64,000 nucleotides of DNA, taken from assembly GCF_009914755.1 (NCBI RefSeq), contig NC_060937.1; one strand, given 5' to 3'. This DNA is from the human T2T-CHM13v2.0 reference genome, Homo sapiens. The notes below the pieces were generated by a model, which was given only the letters and a program-made list of their open reading frames with translations, had not been told where the DNA came from and made no database searches. Positions 1 to 15,086 of the stretch are shown one piece after another; the first letter of the stretch is position 1; the number at the start of each line of letters is the position of its first letter. Position numbers and translations under genes: made by a program.

Positions 1-39
1 CAGGAGGTCACAAACGATGAGGGAGGAAGCTCTGAGGCC

Positions 40-225
40 AGGCCCAGACTTTGCTCACAGTTCCAACCTTACTAACTGTGAGGCCTCAGCCTTACTAAAA
101 TTTTCTGTGCCTCAGTTTCAATTTGTATGCAAGAAGAAATGTATTAGTACCTATGATATGGTTATAATAAAAATTTTATTATTTATTCCTAATAATAAGT
201 AAAAATGTTTAGTATAGTGACTATG
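40..225 (+). mobile_element. MIR SINE remnant, abutted or interrupted by a THE1 LTR
   Basis: Degenerate MIR core: 'actaactgtgaggcctcag...ttctgtgcctcagtttc...tagtaccta'. Boundaries approximate. Confidence 0.55.
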
Positions 226-599
226 TGACATGGTTTGGCTGTGTCTCCACCCAAACCTCATCTTGAATTGTCATTCCCATAATCCCCACGTGTCATGGGA
301 GGGACCAGGTGGAAGTAATTTAATTATGGGGTGGTTACCCTCATGCTGTTCTCCTGATAGTGAGTGAGTTCTCACAAGATCTGACGGTTTTATAAGGGGC
401 CTTTCCCGCCTTTTACTTTCATTCTTCTCCTTGCTGCTGCCTTGTGAAAAGGACGTGTTTGCTTCCTCTTCTGCCATAATTGTAAGTTTCCTGAGGCCTC
501 TCCAGCCCTGCAAAACTGTGAGTCAATTAAATCTCTTTCCTTTATAAATTACCCAGTCTTGAGTATGTCCTTATAGCATCATGTTAACAGACTAAAACA
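226..599 (+). mobile_element. THE1 (THE1C/D-like) ERVL-MaLR solo LTR
   Basis: Begins TGACATGGTTTGGCTGTGTC, contains GTTCTCACAAGATCTGA and GTGAGTCAATTAAA, ends CAGACTAAAACA. 5-bp TSD ctatg (221-225) / ctagg (600-604). Confidence 0.95.
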
Positions 600-2052
600 C
601 TAGGTTTAAAAAAATTAACAGTATATATTTTTATCATTTTAAAAGCATATAGGAAGACATTGATTATGAAAACTAAAATAGTTATTTGAGAAAATAGAAA
701 ACATAATTAGACTTATTGAAAATTGAACTGTTATATTAGAGGAAATATGAGTATTCAATTCTGAAACCAGTAATAAAAATCAGATTATTATTTTTAAGAG
801 TATAATATTATATGATTTGATACTTTTTTAATTCTAAATATCTACCGCAGGACAAATTATGACTTGTCTTAGGTATTAATAACAACAGATTTGTGTTGTG
901 TATACAGATAATATATAATTGATAGTCTGGTAAACATAATATAAACTTCACATTAAATTGCTGGAATATTTATAATTATAAAAATTAGAATTTCACATTT
1001 TCAAAAAATAATTTAACAATAGTAGTAATAATAATATCTAACACATATATAACAATTCTTATATGGCATGGACTCTTTTAAGCACCATATTTATGTCATC
1101 TGAATGACAAAATATTGATTTAATGATCTTTCTACTGAGTTCCACAATTTAGTTCATAGATTGTAATTTAGAATATTCAAAGGCTTCATGCAATTTCAAG
1201 GAAAATTGAACAGAATTACATATGGCTTACAGAAAATGCTCAAATAGGCTTCCGGGTACACATGCATAACAAATGCAAGCCTTATTGGGAATTAATAGTC
1301 TAAAGTAGGTGACATTGCTGTGGATTACATAGCCTTGAGAGCCCAAATAATTTCTTTCAGGTCAAGTCTTGTAGTAATTTGCACGGCTTCCTTCAAAGAC
1401 TAATTATTTCAACACAAAACAAGATAGTTCAGAGCTAAAGTAATAGTTAACATATTGCTTAATTCTGGCTTGGACCCTTCTTAACACTTATGTCTTCTTT
1501 TTTAAAAGATTAGTAGACTGCCTGAAACAAATACATTTTCATGAGTTTTTTTTTCTCCCCAAAACTCTGGATTTTTAGAGTGTCCAAGACTAAAATCAAC
1601 TATTTAGGAGATTTACAATATATAAAATAGCATTGTATAGAGAACTAATTGCCGGTTTTCTTGTAACTATGGTAGTGGGCACTCTGGCTTCAAGCTGTTT
1701 ATCTCTTCCTGAAATAAAATGAAAAGATATAAAATTCCTGCAACTCAGAAAACCTATAGGATTGAATGCCAAATGACTCTTTTGACCCTCACTGGCACAT
1801 ATATTTTCTTCTTTATGTCATCGAACCTGACACATATCAGATTAATCACTCCATTTCTGGGAAACAAAATGCTTCTTATCCTTATTATGACATTTGAAAT
1901 GCGGTAAGAAAAAGCTGAAAAGGTAAAGGAAAAAGAGCTGCTATTAATTTTGAAGGGAAATACATAATCATTACCATCATTTCTTTGGGTAGCATATAGT
2001 TAATAAATGATTTTCAGTACTTCTTGACTACAGGCATTCTCTATGTTAGATT

Positions 2053-2203
2053 AGGAAGAAGAAAAGAGGGAAGGATGGAGGAGGAGTGGGGAGGAAGAGG
2101 AAGTAGGAGTGGTAAAAAAGGGAAATGGTGAGAGAAAGCAGGAGGGAGGGAGAGAAAGAAAGAAAAGAGATAAAGAAAAGAAAGAAACAAGAAAAGAGAA
2201 AAA
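2053..2203. repeat. GA-rich low-complexity purine tract
   Basis: About 150 nt almost entirely A/G (gaagaagaaaagagggaaggatggaggagg...). Confidence 0.85.
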
Positions 2204-3019
2204 ATGACAGGTTAAAGCAAGAATTCACCTAATGTATTTAACAACATATCATAGAACTTCTTTCCAGCCGTTTGCCATATTTTGGGAAACTCATTCTGAA
2301 ATAATTTCAGCGTTTTTTGGTTCTTCCTTTCATTAATTCTTAACCGTCTGTTTCTTTTCTAGCAGTCAGATGTATATACTCAGATGAATGCTTCAGAAAT
2401 TTAAATCATTCTTTGCATTATTTTTATCAGTTGAATTTTGAAGTGGGATTATAATTCTTATCATTTTGCTTCTTTAATCAATGGATTCTCGATTCTAAAG
2501 TTTCGATCCATATACAGAGGAAAACATGATTAAGTTTCTGTGCTGATGAGTTAGCTGTAGGCAGCCTTAAGGGCCTTGGAGAGCTACCTGAGTTCCAATA
2601 AACTGCTGGGTTTATCCTCTCCACTTTGTCCTGTTGTGACAAAGGCTCCTAAACCGGTGGCATTTGCTGTTGTCATCGATTTCTTTTTTGGTGAATTCTG
2701 AGTTTGGGAATAACACTCACCTTCTTCCTTGAAAAGCAATTATTTTATTATTTGGGTAGAAATGTATCTGCATGTAAGTATAGCATTTGTTTAATCAAGT
2801 AAACCTGAAAAGCACCACCTTCTTCAAATATAACCAAAGAGCTAATAAATCACTGCTGTCACCACTTATGAAAATATTAACTTAATAAGGGGCAGAGACC
2901 ATACCCATATACATCTTATCTAATTATAAATACACATTTATGAACAAATATTATATGTGTACTATATTTTATTGATTCCTCAAACAGAAAATTATTTTTT
3001 TTCATAATTAATCACAAGA

Positions 3020-3188
3020 ATCATGCTTTTCAATCTTCTACATGCATATGAATAATGTGGGGATCCGTTTAAAATACAGATGCTGTTTCAGTGGCTTTGG
3101 AGTGGGGCCAGAGAGTCTCTATTTTTAAAAAGCTACTTAGTAATATGGAAGCCACTGGTTTGTAGAACTATTTTTTAAGTAGCAAGGT
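3020..3188. mobile_element. MER5 (MER5A/B) hAT-Charlie MITE
   Basis: 'catgcatatgaataat...aaaatacagatgctgtttcagtggctttggagtggggccagaga...agtagcaagg' fits the MER5 layout. Confidence 0.7.
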
Positions 3189-5070
3189 GATAGAGTGCCC
3201 AAATGCATTGTTAATTGTTTTCCTTTTGAGGCTTCCGTTTTCTACAGTCATCTTTAAATGTATTTAGGCAAAAAGGGATTGCTTGTAGTGAAAGGCATAG
3301 AACTGCCTGGAAATGTGAATTCCTAGGGACCCTTACTTCTGCTTCATTCTGTCGTGTTGTTTTCTCTGAAGGCGACTCCTCCATGGTCCCGTGCCTGACT
3401 TCATGGATGGTTCAATGCTGCAGTTCGTCCAGTTCATGGACACTAGTGCATAGTTCTCTGAGTTTACACTCATGGACTTTCTCCAACGCAAAACATGATT
3501 CAAGGATAAATGAGTGGAGTAGAGCTGTCAGCCTTGGCTAGAGACTGTCCCCAAACTGCCCATACTCCCTCCCCTCCTAACACACAACCTAAAATTCTTA
3601 GTACCTTCTCTGAGCCCAGACCTTCAGTCCAAATAAACAAAATAATAATAACAACAACTTTAAGGGTCACTTAGGTCTCCCTCCTCCAGGAACCAGCTAT
3701 GCTTACCAAGAGATTGAGGCAGGCTGGACTTCCTCAGAAGGAACTGATTGCCCAGGGTTTGTATAAAAAACACCACTCAACTCACCCTTCCACTTCACAG
3801 AAGATGATTTTTTTCCTCAGGTAACAATAAAAAAGAAAAATCCATTTGCGGAGGTTGTACTATCTTTCAGAGCGATTGATTGATTGTTCAAGTTGTATTT
3901 GTGTTACTCCTTACTGCGTAGATATTTATTCTTATTCTGTTCCTTACCAGCTAATACCATGAAAAGCTTACTTTTCTAAATATTTTTCCTGTGGACTATT
4001 AAATCTGGTATTTTATTCGTTTACTTTTTCATTATAAGTTGAGAGTGGCTGTTGAATTACAAGACTCTTTCTCTAATTTAAACCACATGGGAGCACTAAA
4101 TGGGAAACATCCTAACAAACATAACAGCAACAAAACAACATGAGAAAGGCCGTAAAACTTCTCCCTTTGGAAAAACAGGGTTTATTTTTATACAGATCAT
4201 GAGAGTGATTTATAACAAAACACAATGTATCAGTAATTGATAATATATAGAGATAAATTCTCATTGAACAGGAATGTAGACTTCTTGTACCATCTTTAAA
4301 GCATTCAAGCCCCTATTCAAGAGTTAAGAAAAACAAAAGTTGTTAAATGTAATGAAAATGCCTTGTCTGGTAGGCATATTTTTTAGTGTTCTTTCAAAAA
4401 CAAAGCACATGTGAAAAAATGTAGGCAGTCTTTGTTTTATATGCATTGGTCATTAAATTTCTCATGCTGTAAATAGGAACCTGCCAAGGATGTTAGTTGA
4501 GCTGAATGGGTTCCAGATTTTTCTTTTGTTATTATTGCTTACTACTCTTTATCTTTAAAAATTTTTAATAAATCGATTTTTTATATCTGAGTCTATTTAG
4601 CTGTATTCTCGCCATGCAAAACTAGCACACACACAAATGCAGAAATAAAAACTTCATTGAAGTTCATTCTTTTACCTCTATTTTTGAGTCAGAAATGTCC
4701 TAACAATTAATAAAATAAGACTAGGGAAATGTTAGTATTCTAGCTTATGCAATGTTTATAAAAACACTAGTATTAGAATTAGTGACATGATATAGTTTCA
4801 GTGCTGAGAATATTAGACCCCTTTTTTGTTAGATTGAATAAGGGTTAATCATGGGGAGAAAACACACACAAACCCCAGCTGCATCACTAACAGATGAAGC
4901 ATGTGCTTCTGAAGGAAGGTCTACAGCTGTGATCGATTCCAGCCGTTACTGGGATCCATAGGCTTAGGCACATACTAAAGATGGGATAAAAGGATTCCAA
5001 AATGTGTTGCTCCCTCTGATCATTAATCTGCTTGTTTAGTCATGAACATTTTGATATTTTACTATGGTTC

Positions 5071-5097
5071 TTTTTTTTTTTTTTTTTTTTTTTTTTA
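5071..5097. repeat. poly(T) tract
   Basis: About 27 consecutive T with no adjacent recognisable SINE/LINE body. Confidence 0.9.
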
Positions 5098-8000
5098 CAG
5101 AACCTTCTCTTAATTCCTTGCAAACACAGAGGAAAATGTCAAGTGAATACAAAAGGAGTATTTTATTTTTTATATTGTCTGAAAGGAATGTTGCCAAGTT
5201 TGACGATTCAAATTGTTGTTCAAACTCTACTTTGAACAACAATTTACATTTAAACTCAGATTTACTAAGTACTGTCAACTATGGCAAATCTACGTGAATG
5301 GCCCAGTTATATTTCTTTGGAGTTAGATGATTTTCTTCCTAAATAACCTAGAAATATTTATATTTGTATTCTCCACCTCCTTGTTTTTTGGAGAGAGTAC
5401 ATTGAGTCTAGAAGATAAGTGAAGATTCTTTTCATCGACATTACATAGATGTAGTAAGATGTGTCTGACAAAAAGGAGGCAAAATGATATTTTAATTTTA
5501 AAAATGTAAGCATTTCATGGCAAACAAAAATACAAAAATATTCAGAATGCAGAAAGAAGTATAACATTGAATTTGACAATTGATTGTCTGGCAAATTGAA
5601 AATTATAAAAGGAAAAGCAATTAATAGAAAATCATAAAGGTCAAGCTTTATGAATTTTAATTCAATAAGATAAAAATGGAAAGCTCCTGTACAGCCTCAG
5701 TGCATAGTTAAAGGTGGGGGCTGGTCATTACATAAACACCTAGGAGAATTGTTTTGGCTTTGTTTCTAAGAATAAATCATGCAAGAACAAACCAGAAAAC
5801 AGCTGTATCACGTATCACTTATTTAGTTTTATTTCTCTCTTACACTTCTTCCCAAGGGTGTTGTATTCCAAACAAAAACAAAATTGAAAGAGAAAAGTAA
5901 GTATGAAAAAAACGAGGGAAGAAATGTGAAAGAAAAGAAAAATGGTAGTGTGGTGTGAAGACATAAATTACATGAAGACATTCTATAGGTGACCTACAGT
6001 GATGTGGCAGATACTGATGCCTCAGATTAAAAGACATTAAAACTTAGTTTGAAAGGACTGCTGAAAATAAAAAAGTAGGACAAAATTGTGAAGCATGTTT
6101 TCTAACAAATTAGATGGAATTGGTAAAATAATACTGTGCACTAAAAGAGATACACAATTAGGAGGATAATCATATAGAGAGCTTTACTCTGAATGTGTTG
6201 GTTTAAAAAATCTTCCTGTCTTTACTATGATCAGGCATGTTAGATTAGAGCTTAATGCTCTAGGAAAGTATAAAATTAGAACTCAGCCAAATGGAGAAAG
6301 CAGAAGAATATAGAGAAGCTAGATGCTAGGGCAGAATGGAAGACAATACAGGTTCTTAAAAATAAAGTTTTAGAATAATGAAATAAATATTTGAATTATG
6401 TTTAAATTAAATATTAATTGGAAGAGAAACTACCTAGAATTGTAGAAATAAAAGCATAGTAAAGAGTCAAAATTTTAATGTACATGGGACTTAAAATTGG
6501 TTAATACTATTTTCTTTCATAATGGGGAGAAAATGATTTTACCTGCTTTTATATTTAATAATAAAACACTTATTAAAAATTGTATCCGTGATCAATAATT
6601 GGACTCCAAACATAATTGGGAACAAAATTTAAGATGGGACAAAAACCCCACAGTGGTCAAGATAAATAATATTTGATAAATATTTTAAATCTCAAAATTA
6701 GTACAAAATATTCATGGTAAACAGAATATCAACACAGACCAGTGTAAATACGTTATTTCTCCCTGGCTCTCACTTTCTTAAATATCACCTCTTTGAGCTC
6801 TATATAGAAAGTTCAGTTGATCTTTGTTGATTTTTACTGTTTGATTTTGTTTTTTTTTTTAATTTAAAAGCAAACTGAGATTGTTTTCTATGAATAATTT
6901 TGACAGGAAAGACTCTAATATCCTTATATTCAGTTTTTGAAAGCACAGAAAATGTGGAATCTGCTTTTTAACGTGATACCTATGCTGAACAATCTTCAGA
7001 AGACTGTTTTATTATCATGTAGTTGATAACACTCAGTCAGTACTGTATTAAATACATTCTGGAAAGAGGTTAGTGCATGGACATACAGGTGGTACACACA
7101 CATGCACAGGTGGGCATGCATATGTAATTCCATTGTTAGAGTATTGCGTATGGCATTTTTTATAATGAATGTCTACATTTTACCAATAATTAATGTCCCA
7201 GTAATAAATGACATAACCTTGTAATTTTCATCATCAAAGAAATTACCACGTTTTGGTAGTAAGATTGATTAAATTTGGTGTTTCTCACTTTTTGCCCTAG
7301 AGAAATGAAATGAAGATATGATCAGTTCTTAAGTTTTACTATTCCTTATGACAAATATTATTGGAATGATATTATATATGTAAGAAAAAAAAGAAATCTA
7401 TGCACAGCAAAGGCAAAGGAAGAACATGGGAATTTTTTTCAATTACATTCCCCATAGACTTGATTAAAATTGGACATTAAATGTTGGTGAAGGGAGATTT
7501 AATTGCTGTTGCTGTGAGTGTTATTAATCCAATATTATAGCAATGCAAATATTTGTCTATCAACATGAGTTCATTTTAATTGAAAAAGACCATAATGAGG
7601 CAGCAGTTCTTTTCTTCAACTGAAAGAGAAAAAAAACTAAAATTAGTATTGTGATGATAATGGTACTGAAAATACCACTCACTGGGATGACATATTTTCT
7701 TTCAATTATTGTTAGTAAAACTGGAGTAATAGTAAGATCCCTTCGTAAAAACAAACCATGGTTTATGTTTCATGTTAATCACTGAATTAAAGAAGTATTT
7801 GTATTGAAATGTAATGTGACTGTTTTTTCCAAGTTACTATAATTGATTAATGCAAACATATGCAATACCATTTGCCACTTTTATATGGATTACTTGAGAG
7901 TCGAATACAGCTACAATTAAGTTATTGACTGGATGATTAAAGAAAACCTAAACTATCAAGTGGTTTTAGTTGACAAGATAAATCTTCAACTAAGATAAAA

Positions 8001-9130
8001 ATTCCACCACAAGATGAAGAGAGTTAATTCAAAAATTCAAAAGCAATTATTGATTTCCTTTTGATGCTAAGCACTGCAATAAGTCCTGAGTCTGAAAAGA
8101 GCAGTAAGTCTCTGCTTTTAAGGAATTCACAATTTCTCATTTGCTTTGTTACTGTATCCCATATCCCTCTACCAGGTTCTTTACCATCATTATTGCTTTT
8201 AAGGAAACTTTATTTTAGTTACTTTATTGAAGTTTTAAATTCAAGAACCCAGAGTTGGTGGCAAAGTGAAAGAGTATTAAGGGAGAATATTTACTTAATT
8301 AGGAGAAACAGAAATACTTTAGATCTGTTGTAAGAGACTCAGGAGTAGGAAAGAGCTGTATGTTGTGCTTTTCAATTATGTGTTTTAGAATTTTTCATGT
8401 TGCTTTGCATTGAATTGTTTTGATTTGATGCTTTGCAACCCCAGTGTTACTGGGGTACACAATGAATATTGTCTACTAACACATATATATGCAAGTATTC
8501 ACCTCCATTGCTTCATTTTGGAGACTTTTTCAGAAGTAAATAGAATATGGATTCTTTACCCCAAACTAAAACTTACTGAAATAACTTTGAGAGTTGTAAT
8601 AAAATTGGTTTCAGTGTTGACTTTCATCATGCATTATTCTAGCTCTCTCTTTCCTACAGGTAACACTCTGGTTTGAATATTGGAGTTACATTTTTCTAAA
8701 AAATTTTCATGTTCATTGTACTCAGGTAGAAGTTTTCTTGCTATTATAGCCTGAAAATCTATTTGACTTCTGCTTTTCTGGAAAAATGCTTGAAAAAGGT
8801 ACATTCAAAGGTGACAAAGATTGCACAAGCAAGCATGGCTATTTTTTAAAAAGTGACAATTCTATAATATTTGATGAGAAATCAAATTAGGAATTGACTA
8901 GGTGAAATTGAAATAAATATTTGGGTAATATAGGAAAAATCTTCAAATAATGCTGACATTACCTATACTTAATTTCTATAGTTTGCTTCATTCTGTAGGC
9001 AAAGCAAATTATTATATTATTTGGAACACTCTGAGTAAATCTCAGTGACAGAAATCAGAGTATATAGAATAAATTATACTTATATATGTGGGTGTATATA
9101 CATTTATGTATATGTATACACACACACACA

Positions 9131-10315
9131 TAGTCATGCATAAGGACATATTTCAGTTAATGATGGACTGCATATTTAATAGTGGTTGCATACAATTATA
9201 ATGGATCTGAAAAATTCCTGTGGTCTAATGATATAGTCATCATAAGATTATAACACAACACATTATTCATATGTTTGTGGTGATGTTGGTGTAAACAAAC
9301 CTGCACTATCAGTCATATAAAAGTGCAGCATATACATTATATACAGTGCATAATCCTTGATAATGGTAACAAATGACTATATTACTGGTTTGTGTATTTA
9401 CCATACTATATTTTTTACCATTATTTTAAAGTGTACCTTTTCCACTTAGGAGAAAATTGTTAACTGTAAAATAGCCTCGGGCAGGGAAGGGACCCAGAAG
9501 ATAGCATTGCTATAGGAGATGACAGCTTCTTGTGTGCCATTACACCGGAAAACCTTCCAGGGGAACAAGATGTGGAGGCAGAAACAATAATGGTGATAAT
9601 CCTGACCCTGTATAGGCCTAGGGTGGTATGTGTGTTTGTGTCATGGTTTTTAACAAAATTTTAAAAAGTAAAAAATAAAAGTTAAAAATTTAAAGTAGAG
9701 AAAAGCTTATAACATGAGGATATAAAGAAAGAAAATATTTTTGTCCAGGTTACAATGTGTGTTTTAAGCTCAGTGTTATTACAAAATAGTAAAAAAAAGT
9801 TTACAGAATTAAAAAGTGTATAAAGTAAAAAAGTTACAGTAAGTTAAGTGTATGATTGAATAAAAACAATTTTTATAATAAACACGGTATAGCCTGTATG
9901 TACAGTGTTCATAAAGCCGACAGTCATGTCCCAGGCCATCACAACCACTCACCACTCACTCACTGACTCACTGAGAGCAACTTCAGTCCAATTAACTTCA
10001 TACATGCTAAGTTCCTAGACAGGTCTACCATTTTTTAATCTTTTATGCCATGTTTTTACTGTACCTTTTCTATGTTTAAATATGTTTAAGCACATGAATG
10101 CTCACCACTGTGTTACAATTGCCTCCAGTATTCAGTCCAATAACATGCTGTACACGTTTGTAGCCTAGGAGCAGTAGGCTGTATACCACATAGCCTAGGT
10201 GCTAGGCTATCCCATCTAGGTTTATGTAAGTACACTCTTTGATGTTAGCACAAGGACAAAAATCACCTAAGGACACATTTATCAGAACACGTCTCTGTCA
10301 CTAATTGCATGTCTG
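9131..10315 (+). mobile_element. Tigger3b (MER7B-type) TcMar-Tigger non-autonomous DNA transposon, about full length (~1.2 kb)
   Basis: Termini TAGTCATGCA ... TGCATGTCTG (consensus CAGTCATGCG...CGCATGACTG). Internal 'gtttgtggtgatgttggtgtaaacaaacct', 'cactcaccactcactcactgactca' and 'tttgtagcctaggagcagtaggct'. Confidence 0.9.
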
Positions 10316-13300
10316 CACAAGGCTTATTGTCTAAAATTTCCAAAATTTTGACTCAATATATTCAAAAAAGGAGTTATTTGCAGCAATTGCATCCACTTTC
10401 TTTAGTGCCTTTATGTTTACTTCAATGCCAATTGCACAAAATTCTTCCACAAGTCTATATTACTGTTGAAAATGTCTTAAGGAAGCCATATATTTCATTG
10501 TATTGCCCCTGAAAAATGTGGGCTCTTTGAAAGCAAAATTCATGCTTTCACCCTGTATGGAACTCACGGTCTTTCCCAGGGACTGCATAAGCCTCCTCAG
10601 TACCTGATAGGAGTCTAAAGTCTGCCCAAGGAATCAATCAGTCATTTGCTAAGAAGGGGGAATAGAAAGTGAAACAAAAAGAATGAGGCTGGCAATTTTT
10701 TATAAGATTGTGGCATGGATTGATATTTATACGACTTTTTGACAATGCTACACTGTTTTGGGAAAGAATTTTATGTAGCCCAACTGCCTCCACATTTGTA
10801 ATGTTCGGCATCTCTAAGACTGGGCAGGTTACCAGGTCACAGTTCCGTGACATCTGAATAAATTTCATAACCAGCTGGGGAATAGTTCACTCTTGGTTGA
10901 TCCCGTAGTGGACGGTCTCTATTTATGGTTAAAAATGGAGGACAATAAATTATTTTGATTTAGTAGTTATGAGTTTAAAGTGCGCAATTTATTGTATTTT
11001 TTCTAGACCCGTAGAATAACTTCTTTTGATCCTACTAAAATCTCTTCCCTGAGGAAAAGAAATGTAGTAAGAGTTGGAAATGGACATTGGCCTTGGATAG
11101 AGACTTCTGTTTTCTAGGATGTGAGCATTATGCCAAACTTTGCTAACCTGGGTGGTCATTTTCAATGTGGACATTTTTCCAAGGAAGTAGACCGAAACCA
11201 CTAAACATATTTGCTCCATGAGCTAAACCACAATAAAACAGAGGTCTCCTGTGTATAGCTTTCCTCACCCTTTGAATACAGCTCATTCTGACTTTACTTC
11301 CATAAGAAGCAAATTCCCTTTAGAAAGTTTCTCTTTGAAGGTTAAATGTAGTTGTGTAAGTGTGTGAATGCCTGTGTATCCAAATGCAATTACATGCAAG
11401 TACCTGATTAAATGATGAAATGACCATTTCTTCGGGACAGTTAAGTGTCCTCTGAGAGTTGAGGCATGCCAGACCCCCAGACTCCAGCTGGAGGATCAGT
11501 CATCACCTATCTATTGTAAATGTGAATGCATGAAACAGGCAAAATTTTGAAGTGTTATAAACCATTCATAGTAAGATTCCAAAAAATGTAGTGCTGTTGT
11601 TCTAGATGTCTATTTGAAAACAAAGTTTAGTTTTTCTGGCATTCTTACCGTTGTGACTGTCCAACATCATTTCAGACACTATACCTAATGCAGTATTTCC
11701 TTTGTCTTCATTTTTCTTCCTGTATGAAACTAGGGCTCTGTCCTTTAACCAAAGTGAAAAGGACCATGGATTGTTAGGCCAGAGAACCTACGCATCACAC
11801 ACAGTGGAGCGAAGTGAAATAGCTCATGAGAGATCATGATTGGCAGGCAGCAGGCCAGGAGAACCTTGATCTGCTGCTTGGCCTTGGCTGTTAGTAGCAT
11901 GCCCAGCTGACTTCAAGGCAAGAGAGCATCTCATCACCACATTCCCCCTTTCTATTCCATTTGGAGGAGAGTAAAACTTTTTAAAATTTAGCATCCTATT
12001 TACATAGCACCAATGACATGATTTTTCTGCCTAATTCTGAGAAGTCAATAAAATAATCCAAATATCATGTAATTATCTATTTCTTCAGTGTACTTGGGCA
12101 GATATTTCTCCTCTTTTTGGTTCATTTGGTATATTTACATATCTATATCTATCCAGTTAGCCATATATAACCCAAAATGTACAATACTTTTCATTTCTTA
12201 AGACGCAGGTGATATATTTTAGTTTGACATATTCCCCCAAAATGTATGTACTATCTTGGATATGAAAGTTATATAAAATTTGAGTTCAAGGTGAATGTCA
12301 TACTGACTTATTCTGTGAAACTGAAGAACTGCTCTCCCAGCTGCCACATTGTCCTAAATAGAATGAATCTGGTCATGTTCCTAGACGGTGCATAGAGGGG
12401 AAATTGCTCTGAAGCTATGCTGTGATGGGCAGGGCTAGAGAGACGTTCTGCTTGCAGAATTAGATATGTAAATTGACACAACCATAGGTAGTGATGATTT
12501 ATCCCTGGTGATTTTAAAACTTAGATGTAAAACGAATCTACTGCATATTAATAGAAATTATATGTATTGCCTTGTTTAAAACAAAAATTGGTGTTTGTAT
12601 TTTTAGTAAATGCAAATATTTTATACAACTAATTACAATATATGCTCATAATCAGATTTTATAAATGACATTTTATTCAATAGTATATATTGGACAACTG
12701 CACCTTTACAAACCCGTATGCACGTGATGTTAAATACTTAGATATCTTTGTATCATTTTACATTAAAATAAATGTTGAAGAGAAAGCCAATGAACTGAAA
12801 AGTTGAATCAATTTTAAAAGAATTACATGTTCTGCAAAACAGTAAATCAAGTAATAACATTCTAAAATTAGTTTATTTTGTCAGAATAAAAATCACGATT
12901 TTCTTCCTTAGTTTTTACCTACTATGCAAAAAGAGCCAATTTAGATCCTTCCATGATATCAATAACCATGTTGTAATTGGTGATTCTGCATGTAGAAAAA
13001 AACAAAGAGCCAAATCAATACCTGGGCAATAGAAAGTGACTTTGGTGGTGGTGGACATAATTCCCATTCAAATGGGTAAAGCAGCTCAAGGCAAAGACTA
13101 TTTAATTATTGCCAGTGATGACAAATTGACCTGAACTCTACTTGTATCACATCGTCACAGCTCTCAGATTGCTGGACTGTATTGCTTCTTAATCTTTTCC
13201 AGAAATGGCAGAGTGGAATGATTTTAAGTTATTTAAACACAGGTACCTATAATTGTCTTAGAGTTTCTACTGTTCACAGAAGCCTATAGACCAATTATTA

Positions 13301-15043
13301 TATGATCACATGAGCTTTTCTAAAACCATTTGTTTCCTCTTGTGTAATCATTCTGTAAGCATCAAAGCAGCCATAAGTATCAACCAATGATTGCTCCTCC
13401 CATTCACCACGCCCCACCCTGTCTCACATCTCACTGGTTACATCTGCAGTTCAGTGATCCAGGGAAATAAATGTTGGAAAAGAGCAATGAAATAGTCATG
13501 ATAGTTCCACTTATTGAAAATAGTACTACTTCTCTCTAAATTAAGTGTGTAATTGGCAAGACTTATGTATACTCTCATAGGGATTAGTTTTTATTGATCT
13601 AATTAGGATGAAGCTTGGGAATGACTTGCCAGTCACCCTGATAGAGCAGCAGCTGCACATTATTATTTTCTTCAAACAGAAAATGGCATTAGTGGGTGAA
13701 AATAAAGCATGATATTCCAAACTTATGCTCTGTTACTGAAGGAAGAGTTTGTGAAACCAAATATCATGTTCTGATGGAAAGAGCTGTTCAGGATTTAAAT
13801 TTTACCTTCTTATCAATAAGATGGGAAAAGAGGTTTCTGCATTTTATTTTCGATGGCAAGTATCATTGCACTGTTAGTGAAAGCTATATACATTTGCAGG
13901 AGACATTGTAAAATACATATAATTGTAAATCAGCCTTAAATAACTCAATTTTACCTGAAAAGACAGGTTCCTTTGCCTTTGTAGTTGATTTTAATATCTC
14001 TTGATTTTTTTTCTTTCATTCCGATCAAAGGTAGCAGAAAGAATTTCTAACAAATGTTTGCCTTCCCATGTACAAGTCAATGTTGTAGATTATCAGCAGG
14101 AATTATACTCCTAAAACAATTAGAAAGAAATGGGCAAAGATGTTTTTTATCTAATGAAATCACTACGCACAGACAATGGGTCTGAACATATTGACCCAGT
14201 TATTAGGCTAGGCCCTGTGAACACATGTGGCCGCATTCACTGATCAAACTCCATTAAGATAGTCTTACTGATTTATCCCTGGGCAATGATGAACATCCAT
14301 GGACACTGAGTCAATATTTTGAAGAAGATTATAGGATAAAGTACTGGCCTTTCGTTTTTAAGATTGCATCAATTTTGAGCCATGATTCAAAGTCTCTAGC
14401 CCTGAATAAGTAGAGCTGAACTCCAAAGTACATCTTGGTACAGTTAAGATGATGAAATTAATTGGCTGAGGTTAAAGTTGTACTCATTTAAACAGAATGC
14501 AAAGAAAATACTCAGCTTGTGAGATCTTTAATGAGGACTTCTGGCATTTGAAAATGTAAAATCCAATATAAACATACATTTGTTTTTTATTATTTTTCAA
14601 AATATATTTCTGCATTTCTATTTCTGACTGATATGAAATTTATTAGCAGTTAATTTGATTAAATGTGAAAGCTGTTATATAACAATGTGCTGATATTATT
14701 TTTCTCTCCATGAAAGTTTCATTTTAATTTATATGCTCAATAACCTTTTTTTCCTTAGGATTGTTGTAAAATTTCTAATATTTGTATGATTTAGATTAAT
14801 ATAAGATCAAGGAAATTATTTTGTTTGTTCCTACTGTAATAGTATAGCTCAATGTTCTCTCTCTCTCTCTCTGTCTCCACATACACACACACGCATGCCT
14901 AAATATATATTGCTTTCTTTCACTTTTATTTCTCAATGTTATTGTGAAATGTGCAATTGAATTATAGAACTTTTTGTTTGAGTCATTTTGTTTTTCTTTC
15001 TTTATTGAGAAATAGTCTTGTTTGTTTATTGAGAAATAATCTT

Positions 15044-15086
15044 GCAGATCAGGAGGTCAGGAGATCGAGACAATCCTGGCTAACAA
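15044..15086 (+). mobile_element. Isolated 43-nt internal AluY fragment (B-box region)
   Basis: gcagatcaggaggtcaggagatcgagacaatcctggctaacaa. 41/43 identical to 16270-16312. No poly(A) tail and no Alu ends. Confidence 0.9.

Noticed and set aside
3940-3965. Minus-strand tag|CTG|gtaagg 3-nt microexon pattern
   Set aside because: Weak pyrimidine tract and no UGC context. It shows that such patterns arise by chance.
5071-5100. poly(T)-ACAG as a strong splice acceptor (similar isolated acceptors at ~8659, ~14758 and ~49412)
   Set aside because: No convincing paired donor or coding frame. These are common in AT-rich DNA.
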